Shown in pieces: positions 26,351-33,555 of a DNA stretch of 33,555 bases (within the stretch, counting starts at the first letter, position 1; the number at the start of each line of letters is the position of its first letter). The notes beneath the pieces were generated by a model. It saw nothing but the letters and a program-made list of their open reading frames with translations, was not told the origin of the DNA and ran no database searches. A program made the translations under genes and the position numbers. The DNA comes from Candidatus Micrarchaeota archaeon (lineage in GTDB: Archaea > Micrarchaeota > Micrarchaeia > Micrarchaeales > CABMGC01), in the NCBI GenBank assembly GCA_027328265.1, contig DAHVVD010000029.1, positions 1-33,555 on the forward strand, read 5' to 3'.

Positions 26351-27958
26351 GTGCTCTTCTCCCTGGTCTATACTCTGTTCTCGATACTGCTCTCAATAGG
26401 CAACATCAACGCACTCATACCCATAATGGTCATAATAATACTCATTGTAGCTGCTGCCGGCGCGAGCAGGGGCTTCAGCATCTTCAACATCTTCGGCGTC
26501 TCCTCCCTTCTCGGAGGCGGGGTAGGTTCAGGCGGAGGCTCGTCCAACCTGGCAAGGAGCGGCTACAGCCTCAGAGGATTCCTGGACATAAGGGGCACGC
26601 CGACGAATCCAAGGGGAAGGGCCACGCTTAAGAAAGTAGTCAATAAGTACTTCGGAAAAGAATCACCAGATAACTACCTCTATTCAATGTTCGGCGGGAA
26701 AAAGAAGATCACTTTCGGCGGCAGGGATATAGGCGTCATAAAATTCAAGCCAGGAAGCGACCAGAAAAGGGTGGCGAAACTTGCAAAGATAGACGCCGAG
26801 GCAAGGTTCCTGTATGACCGATATAACTCCGGGTCAGATCTCCACAAGCCTGGCACAGAAGTCATATCCGAATCCGAGCTGAAGAATCGCCAATCAATGA
26901 CCAGCGGAAAATTCATAAAGATGGCAACCGCTCCTTTTTTCTTCAGCAGCGCGCGCTACTGGGCTGAAGGAGGCAAGCGCTATGCCGAGGAGAGGAAAAA
27001 AGCAGAGGTTACCTCGTACAAGAAGATAGACATGTTGAATGAGAAGGAGGTTCTGCAAGGAGAGATAAATCAACTAAAAGCAAGGTTCGCTTTGTCTAAG
27101 AATGAGATAGACAGAATGATTATAATGCGGGACAAGGGCAACCTGCAGAAGCGCCTGAAAGCAATCGATGAGTCGCTGGGAGAGATCAAGAAGGCCTCCA
27201 GGCTCTCATTCGACCAATTCAGTTGGGCCTATGCAAAACAGCACAACAGACTGTACGGCCCGCCTGACAGCAACATCCGACAAAACCTGATGAACCCGCT
27301 GTATGGATTCTCAATATCCAACACCACAAACCGCATGAAGGAATCAGCAGATGCAGTGTCCAATGCGGTTAAAGGGGTGACACTTGGCACAACGGTTGGC
27401 ATGGCGCACCTTGTGGCGGGAGCCACCGGGGCCAACAAGAACGAGCGGGTGGCCAAGGCCCTGCACGACCTAAGTGCCGGAGCTGCCAAGGCTCAAGGCC
27501 TGGCTCTTTACGGGCCTGGCACCTATAAGACCAATCCAAGGACAGGAGAGATGACTGAGCCAGCGGAGCACCTGACCGCATCAGAGGCCAGAGAGAAGGC
27601 CAAAGCCATGACCGAGGAGTTCCACGAAAGGCTTGCAGACGCCGCTGAAGAATACAAAAGAGGCATAGAGAGTCGCCTCAAATCCTACGAGAAGGCCAAG
27701 GAAAAAGGTCATGTCAGCCAAGCTGATATCGAGAGCATAGAGGGGCTAAAGCAGGGCATATCATATGCCCTTGCCTACAACAAGGTCAAGGGCGTGTACC
27801 AGAAAGAGGCAAGGGAGAGGAGGAAAAGGGCGGAGGAGGCAGAGGGGAATGAGGATAGAAAAGCGAGAGAAGAGGAGTCAAGGGCATATGAAAAGGAGCG
27901 CGCCTCAAAGGCCAGGGAAAAAAGAAGGAGAAAAGGCGACTCCGAAAGGGAAAGTTAA
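26351..27958 (+). CDS. Hypothetical membrane-anchored protein with a large basic, coiled-coil-rich soluble region (535 aa)
   Basis: Two hydrophobic N-terminal segments, Gly-rich linker, heptad-like stretches (LQGEINQLKARF, LQKRLKAIDESL) and an E/K/R-rich tail. Confidence 0.75.
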   Translation: MLFSLVYTLFSILLSIGNINALIPIMVIIILIVAAAGASRGFSIFNIFGVSSLLGGGVGSGGGSSNLARSGYSLRGFLDIRGTPTNPRGRATLKKVVNKYFGKESPDNYLYSMFGGKKKITFGGRDIGVIKFKPGSDQKRVAKLAKIDAEARFLYDRYNSGSDLHKPGTEVISESELKNRQSMTSGKFIKMATAPFFFSSARYWAEGGKRYAEERKKAEVTSYKKIDMLNEKEVLQGEINQLKARFALSKNEIDRMIIMRDKGNLQKRLKAIDESLGEIKKASRLSFDQFSWAYAKQHNRLYGPPDSNIRQNLMNPLYGFSISNTTNRMKESADAVSNAVKGVTLGTTVGMAHLVAGATGANKNERVAKALHDLSAGAAKAQGLALYGPGTYKTNPRTGEMTEPAEHLTASEAREKAKAMTEEFHERLADAAEEYKRGIESRLKSYEKAKEKGHVSQADIESIEGLKQGISYALAYNKVKGVYQKEARERRKRAEEAEGNEDRKAREEESRAYEKERASKAREKRRRKGDSERES

Positions 27959-28038
27959 AGCGGCGCCGAACAAAACACCTAGACTGCTTCTTCCCCTTTG
28001 ATAAAGATAGCGATTATATTATTATAGTTTATCATAAT

Positions 28039-29541
28039 ATGGGCTTCATGCAAAATAGAAGCAGGATTTCGCTTCTGCTACTTTCGTTCGTTCTCATATC
28101 TGCCTTCACTTTTGTCGGTGCGCAATTCATTTCCACCCCATCTCCAACACCAACCCCTACTCCTAACCCAACTCCAGCCCCGGCCCCAGCGCCTGCTCCA
28201 AGCCCACTTCCAGTTTCCTCAACTTCTACACCTACAACTTCAACCTCCTCAACCACAACATCTCCACTTCCTCAAGGACCAACTGCTGAATGCACTGCGA
28301 TTTTTGGAAGTGGCACCTCAGCCAGTACCTCTGCGCTCCAGGCGCTTGGTCTCTCTGCTGCCATATCTAGGAACGCAATCTCAGCCTCCCTTCTTGCGCT
28401 CATCATCTCTTTCGATGTAGTTGGCATAGGCTACATGATAAGCAAGCTTATTCCTGAATCGAAGGTCAGGGGCTGGCTCGGCAAGGAATACTGGGAGGTT
28501 GCAAAGTCTGTTATACTGGTTGGCAGCATATTTTCAATACTAACATTCATCAGCGGCTTAGGCATCTCGCTGACAGGCAGCGGCACCCCTGGAACATACT
28601 CATCAAACATCCAGAACCTTGTCTCCAGCTCAGAAAGCTACCTATGCACAGTAAACAACCAGGTGAACCTCGCAATAAACAACGTAGTCCCGCTGATAAT
28701 AGGGATAGGTTTCCTGAAGAGCATTCAAATAAATTATGAAGGATTCCCTATACCTCCTGTTCCAATTCCTATAGCCCCCGAACTCCCTGTCCTCAGGGCA
28801 GGCATCTCCTTCAAGCTCTTCGACAATTTGCTTTATGGCGTCGCTTTCACCTATTTGGGCTTCGGTCTATCTGCATTCCTAGATATGCTTCTCTTCCTAA
28901 TCATTCCAGCTAAAGTCTTTTTCGCGGGCCAGGTGCTCATACTTCCATACTTGGTGAGCTTGGGACTTATAGTGCTGATACCTACAGGCCTCATAATGCG
29001 CGCCTTCCCATTTTCCAGAGGCATAGGCGGCACCCTGATAGCTTTCGGAATAGGCATTGCCATTGTATGGCCCACCATTCTAATACTTTTCAATGCTCCA
29101 ATATCCAATTACTTCTGCAGAGTCCTATCAACGAACTACTGCCTGCCTCTTGGTCCGTCCCCTTCAGCTGCGCAGACTACCATCCAGCTCTACAACGCGC
29201 CTGAGACAATCCAGGCTACTAGCGAATGCAATGGCGCCACCTTGGGCCTTGGAGCCACCGGGAACGTTCCCGGAGGGTTGCTCCTTGCACTAGTTTGCCA
29301 GCCGCTTGCCAATTGGTGGATCTCTACTGGCTATACTGAATTCTCATTGCCCTGGCAGAGTGCCATATCATTCTTCCCCTCGCTCAACGTCCTGCTAGAC
29401 AATAGCCTATACTTGGATCTCCAATTCTTCGTGCTCTTCATTCTGGATCTTCTGATCGCTTATACAATAACCGACAACATTGCAAAAATGCTGGGCGGCA
29501 CGATCCGCGTTAGCCTTGGCAATAAGCTGAAACTGGTGTAA
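28039..29541 (+). CDS. Polytopic membrane protein, CedA/VirB6-like paralog 1, with signal peptide and Pro/Thr-rich linker
   Basis: Motifs GYMISKL...RGWLGKEYWEV, GLIMRAFPFSRGIGGTLIAFGIGIAIVWP and NIAKMLGG. The CDS is secure; the family call is inference. Confidence 0.6.
   Translation: MGFMQNRSRISLLLLSFVLISAFTFVGAQFISTPSPTPTPTPNPTPAPAPAPAPSPLPVSSTSTPTTSTSSTTTSPLPQGPTAECTAIFGSGTSASTSALQALGLSAAISRNAISASLLALIISFDVVGIGYMISKLIPESKVRGWLGKEYWEVAKSVILVGSIFSILTFISGLGISLTGSGTPGTYSSNIQNLVSSSESYLCTVNNQVNLAINNVVPLIIGIGFLKSIQINYEGFPIPPVPIPIAPELPVLRAGISFKLFDNLLYGVAFTYLGFGLSAFLDMLLFLIIPAKVFFAGQVLILPYLVSLGLIVLIPTGLIMRAFPFSRGIGGTLIAFGIGIAIVWPTILILFNAPISNYFCRVLSTNYCLPLGPSPSAAQTTIQLYNAPETIQATSECNGATLGLGATGNVPGGLLLALVCQPLANWWISTGYTEFSLPWQSAISFFPSLNVLLDNSLYLDLQFFVLFILDLLIAYTITDNIAKMLGGTIRVSLGNKLKLV
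28132..28272 (+). repeat. Low-complexity Pro/Thr/Ser coding repeat (STPSPTPTPTPNPTPAPAPAPAPSP...TTSTSSTTTSP)
   Basis: Seen in the translation, immediately after the signal peptide. Confidence 0.8.
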
Positions 29542-29543
29542 TT

Positions 29544-30821
29544 ATGTTTTGGAACCTACTCACTACCAATTTCCTAAACCTGTGCAGTGCCAACATTTCC
29601 TACCTCAACCACAACAACTGGATAGGGATAACTCTGCTTGTCGTTCTCACCTTCATGATGGTGGGCGCAGCGGCTTACGGTCTCAGCGGCATCCTTCCAG
29701 TAAACATGAGGGAGAAGATAAGGGGCTCTGTCAAGTATGAATACGTCCAAGGCGTCTTCAGCATTGTGCTCGTAGCCGCGATCTTCGCAATCTCGCTCAC
29801 GGCATGCAGCGTTGAGGGCGCCATAACCTCAAGCGCTACCAAGTTAGGCGGCCCTCCCTTGGGAGTCACGCCAGCCTGCGGCACATCTTACACCGATCCA
29901 TTCCAGTTCTCTAACTGCTACGTCGGAAACCTCCTCTTCTCAAAGGGCACAGCCCTGGTATCGGGAATGATATCTGAAGGCTTCTTCCTCTTTGCCGAGG
30001 GCAATCTCCTCTACTTCGTTGTCAACAGCGCGGCTCAAAAACTGCCCAAAGCGGCAGGTGCAGGCACTCTCTTCGGAGCCATAAACTGGGGTTTCGACAT
30101 CTCTCCCTCAATATCCAATTCGGAGGGCCCTGCAGAAATATTCTACGATTACAGTTTCATCTTGGTCCTCGTCTTCGAGACGATAATAGTAGCAACCTTC
30201 GGCCTTCTATTTCTGCTCTTCCTGAGCCTCGGCTTCATAGAGCTGCTCTCACTCACGCTGGTCCTTCCCGTAGCCATAGCCATGCGCTGCATATCCTTTG
30301 CAGGCCCCAAATTGAAGGAAGCCTCCAACGCATTCATAGCAATCGCAATAGCCTTCTATTTTGTCTTCCCTGTAACGATAGCGATGAACTACTACATAGT
30401 CAACTGGACCTATTGCTCCAACGGCGGGGCGTGCAATCCATACGCAGAGAGCTATCTCAGCACCTATACGCTAAACACGCTTCCGCTAATTAACCTCTTC
30501 TCAAACCCCGAAAACGTAGTTCTGGGTTCAGGAACAGGAGCCGGAGGCCTCAACCTTAACCTGCCTCTCAACTTTTACGGCGCGGTGATGCAGAGCAACG
30601 GCGGTTTCATAAACATGGTAGCTAACATCTTCGTCGCAGCGGTAGCCCTGCCCAACGTTATGAACAACTACACCACACAGACCGCGCAATTCGTCTTCGA
30701 GGGCATCTTCCTGATAGCACTTGACCTTGCGATAACCGTGGGCTTTTCGGTTGGATTTTTCAAGGGGCTTGAGACAGTAGGTCAGATACTGGCTGTAGGG
30801 CCGGTCTGGGGAGGAGGTTAA
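29544..30821 (+). CDS. Polytopic membrane protein, CedA/VirB6-like paralog 2
   Basis: AYGLSGIL...RGSVKYEYVQG and AIAMRCISFAGPKLKEASNAFIAIAIAFYFVFP; starts 2 nt after paralog 1. Confidence 0.6.
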   Translation: MFWNLLTTNFLNLCSANISYLNHNNWIGITLLVVLTFMMVGAAAYGLSGILPVNMREKIRGSVKYEYVQGVFSIVLVAAIFAISLTACSVEGAITSSATKLGGPPLGVTPACGTSYTDPFQFSNCYVGNLLFSKGTALVSGMISEGFFLFAEGNLLYFVVNSAAQKLPKAAGAGTLFGAINWGFDISPSISNSEGPAEIFYDYSFILVLVFETIIVATFGLLFLLFLSLGFIELLSLTLVLPVAIAMRCISFAGPKLKEASNAFIAIAIAFYFVFPVTIAMNYYIVNWTYCSNGGACNPYAESYLSTYTLNTLPLINLFSNPENVVLGSGTGAGGLNLNLPLNFYGAVMQSNGGFINMVANIFVAAVALPNVMNNYTTQTAQFVFEGIFLIALDLAITVGFSVGFFKGLETVGQILAVGPVWGGG

Positions 30822-32333
30822 ATGGAGAAGACAGCACTGCTTTACCTCTCTGTTTTCATCCTTGCCTCATTGTCAATGCCAATCCTCACCAACGCTCAGG
30901 GCCCTCTCCCAGGAACATCTCCTGGGCCGGTTTCCAACCCTTCCTATCCGCTAACATCGAACGTCTCAGTCTTCTATAACTGGCTGCCTGTGATCATAGT
31001 GGCGGTCTTTGCAGCCGTGGGCCTGACAGCAATCTACTACGGACTGGGAGCGTTGCTTAACAACCAGAGGGTAAAGACCAACGCGATAAATGAATTCTAT
31101 CAGGTACTGGGCACCGTGGTTGTGGTAATAATAATACTGGCTATCTTCAGCGTCTATGGAAGTGCCATAATAGCCGACGGGCCCCTGACTACCGCCCTTG
31201 CCAACATCTGCGGCAGCAACCAGCTAGGCTCTGCCAACACAATGGTGAATTTCCTAAGCAGCAATTCGCTTGACACCGCCACTACAGGGCCAACAAGCCA
31301 GATATGCGCCGATATTGTCGCGGTAGGCCAGGGCAGCGGCATAACCTCGAAGATAGACTACGGCCTCGGCGCCACTTACGCCATAATAGCAAACCTCACC
31401 AATCAGGAGGCTGAGAGCCTAAATGCCGTAAACGTATTCGAAACCTATGCCTCAACCCTCAACAGCTTCCTTCCCACTGAGAGCCTCTGCTGGCCAGCTA
31501 CATGCGCCGACACGAATCTGTTGCCTTCAGGCTACATAGTATACCAATACAGGCCCTGGTCCCTGTACGACAAGATAAGGGGCATGACGCTTTACGTGGG
31601 CGCCGAGGCCCTCCTCTCATTCTACATCAGCATAATGCAGCTCATAGTGATAATAATGCTGCTCTTCGCCTGGCCATACATACTTGCAGCAGGCATAATC
31701 CTGAGAGCCTCATTCTTCACGCGCAAGGCAGGCGGCCTGCTCATAGCGATAGTTATCGTCGCTATTATCCTGTATCCCCTACTCAACCTTTTCGAGTATG
31801 CATCGCTGAGCAACACCCTGTCCAGTCCCATAGGTGCGAGCAAGATACCCGCATTCACCCTCAAGGGCCAGGCGCCATGTTCATTGACCTCGCTATTTAC
31901 AGGATGCGGAATAAAAAATCCAGCTCCTGTGATAGATTACACCGACACCAAGCTCAACTTCTATGTGCTGCCCAACCTTGAATATGTACTGAACCTAGAT
32001 GGCTGCTGGCCGCCGGCAGGAAATGTCTTCCTCTCTGATGCGCTGATCGCGGGAGCCTACAGCATACCTGGTTACGCCACCTTTCTTGCCATAAAGGACA
32101 TCATAGGCGCATTCGTAAGCTCGCTCCCATCGCCTCCGATACCATGGTTCAGTTGCAATCCAGGTAACGCCATACAATCCATTGTCGACTTGGCGAAATT
32201 CTATGGCATGGTCTTCGTCACTACTGTTCTCCTGCCTGTATTGAACATACTGATACTCCTCTCCGGGGTCAAGAACATCTCCAGCCTGCTAGGCGGAGAT
32301 ACCAGGATACTGGGACTTGGCAAATTGGTTTAG
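30822..32333 (+). CDS. Polytopic membrane protein, CedA/VirB6-like paralog 3
   Basis: YYGLGALL...KTNAINEFYQV, GIILRASFFTRKAGGLLIAIVIVAIILYP and NISSLLGG; abuts paralog 2. Confidence 0.6.
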   Translation: MEKTALLYLSVFILASLSMPILTNAQGPLPGTSPGPVSNPSYPLTSNVSVFYNWLPVIIVAVFAAVGLTAIYYGLGALLNNQRVKTNAINEFYQVLGTVVVVIIILAIFSVYGSAIIADGPLTTALANICGSNQLGSANTMVNFLSSNSLDTATTGPTSQICADIVAVGQGSGITSKIDYGLGATYAIIANLTNQEAESLNAVNVFETYASTLNSFLPTESLCWPATCADTNLLPSGYIVYQYRPWSLYDKIRGMTLYVGAEALLSFYISIMQLIVIIMLLFAWPYILAAGIILRASFFTRKAGGLLIAIVIVAIILYPLLNLFEYASLSNTLSSPIGASKIPAFTLKGQAPCSLTSLFTGCGIKNPAPVIDYTDTKLNFYVLPNLEYVLNLDGCWPPAGNVFLSDALIAGAYSIPGYATFLAIKDIIGAFVSSLPSPPIPWFSCNPGNAIQSIVDLAKFYGMVFVTTVLLPVLNILILLSGVKNISSLLGGDTRILGLGKLV

Positions 32334-32340
32334 TGATCAT

Positions 32341-33555
32341 ATGAGCAGAACCAAAATCTTTTATATCGCAATCTTCCTCCTCTCGCTAGCGCTACTGCCC
32401 TCCTTTTCCAATGCACAAACAGCCACGCCTGGGTTCGGTTTCGGCTCCTACTGCTCGAGCTTCTATCAGAATGCCAACGGAGCAGTGAGCAACGCGTTTG
32501 TCAAAGGGGTCTTCTCCGGCGGGATAGTCTCGCTAGCCCTGCTTATCGTGCTCTTCGTTGTTGTCTCCCTCTCGGTAGTCTACGGCATAGGCATTGGATT
32601 CGGGATAAACAAGCTGACCGAATTCGCGAAGACCGAGTACATAGAGAGCTTTTTCAACATCGTGCTAATCATAGTGCTTGCTGGCTCATTCATGACTATC
32701 GGCAAATACGCGCAGTTCTTTACCAGTCTCGCCTCGTCAAACCTGCCCTCTACCAGCCAGCCAAACCTTGGCGGAAGCGTCATAAGCATGTACGAAGGCA
32801 TATGCACAGGGCTCATATACAGCCAGATACTCCCATCTATCGGCGCAATCTATTCCATATATGCTGCACAGATGCCGTACTCTGCGATCTCCAGCTTAAA
32901 GATAAACCTCAACATTCCGGCACTCACGACTGGCATGGCATCTGATTTCATTCCGTCATTCTCATTCGGCCCCTGGGAAGGCCTCAACATATATGGGGAC
33001 GTGCTGCTTTTCGAGTTTGCGCCTCTTGCCATGATACTCTTCCTTGGGATTTCTGTAATCTTCCTTTTCTACCTGATCTATTTCCTTTTTCCCGTCTTCC
33101 TTTACCTCGGTGTCCTGCTGCGCTCCTTCCCATGGACCCGCGCCGCTGGCGGCTCGATGCTCGCGCTTTTCATCTCCTTCTACATAATTTTCCCTGCGCT
33201 CTACTATCCATTCTCAGTGCTTGGCAATACGTATCTTTCAAGCCTCGGCTCCGCTTCACTCCAGCAGGAGATATGCTCCCTAATGGGCCAGATAGGAAAC
33301 TGCAAAAATTACCAATCCCCAGGGACATTCAGCACCATATTCAACTATGCATCTACACTCTTTTCCAATTTCTTCACTGCGTCCAGCTCGATCTTACTCG
33401 CATTTACCGGCCCAGGGAACCTCTTCATTGTAGTGAGCGAGACTTACACCAACGTTATCGCAGCATCGATACTCAAGCTCCTCGGCCTGACGATAGCATT
33501 TATCATCTCCTTCGACCTTCTCGAGGCTCTTGGAGACTTCCTTGGCTCCCCATCG
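32341..33555 (+). CDS. Polytopic membrane protein, CedA/VirB6-like paralog 4 (runs off the window; absent from the ORF track)
   Basis: Hand translation is open for 405 codons: MSRTKIFYIAIFLLSLALLPSFSNAQ..., VYGIGIGF...TEFAKTEYIES, GVLLRSFPWTRAAGGSMLALFISFYIIFP and ...ALGDFLGSPS. Confidence 0.6.
   Translation, partial: MSRTKIFYIAIFLLSLALLPSFSNAQTATPGFGFGSYCSSFYQNANGAVSNAFVKGVFSGGIVSLALLIVLFVVVSLSVVYGIGIGFGINKLTEFAKTEYIESFFNIVLIIVLAGSFMTIGKYAQFFTSLASSNLPSTSQPNLGGSVISMYEGICTGLIYSQILPSIGAIYSIYAAQMPYSAISSLKINLNIPALTTGMASDFIPSFSFGPWEGLNIYGDVLLFEFAPLAMILFLGISVIFLFYLIYFLFPVFLYLGVLLRSFPWTRAAGGSMLALFISFYIIFPALYYPFSVLGNTYLSSLGSASLQQEICSLMGQIGNCKNYQSPGTFSTIFNYASTLFSNFFTASSSILLAFTGPGNLFIVVSETYTNVIAASILKLLGLTIAFIISFDLLEALGDFLGSPS

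Noticed and set aside
1..33555. CRISPR array, rRNA, transposase or integrase
   Set aside because: No regularly spaced repeats, rRNA-like stretch or recombinase/transposase motifs were seen.

Overview
Chromosomal window from an archaeon, most likely a DPANN Micrarchaeota-like organism. This rests on the archaeal r-protein cluster with S4e/L32e/L19e and Rpp29, QSAMEYLMTYGW-type class III signal peptides and a T-loop tRNA intron. Left to right: an AT-rich secreted-protein/Fic pair, a SpoOM/arrestin-like gene, trpS and a KaiC-like ATPase. Next come a wHTH-grpE-dnaK-dnaJ operon, a Ni/Co transporter-like gene, and tatD-tRNA-Arg(intron)-UPF0147-ogt. These are followed by a DUF929/CxC membrane pair, an nrdAB ribonucleotide reductase and two pilin-like genes with duplicated promoters. 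The right part holds the Rpp29-S17...S5 ribosomal cluster, a PH/rhodanese-like gene, a 4-TM repeat family and tRNA-His, and ends in a tightly coupled array of at least four paralogous polytopic membrane proteins. Best leads: (1) that array resembles CedA/VirB6-type channel subunits and may be a DPANN DNA-uptake or host-contact apparatus; (2) NrdB has the Chlamydia-type class Ic (Mn/Fe) signature, with NrdR-box-like sites upstream; (3) the tRNA-Arg intron at 59/60 has a complete hBHBh' motif; (4) a candidate DnaK-operon regulator has a perfect palindromic site upstream. All family calls are from motif recognition only; no searches were run.
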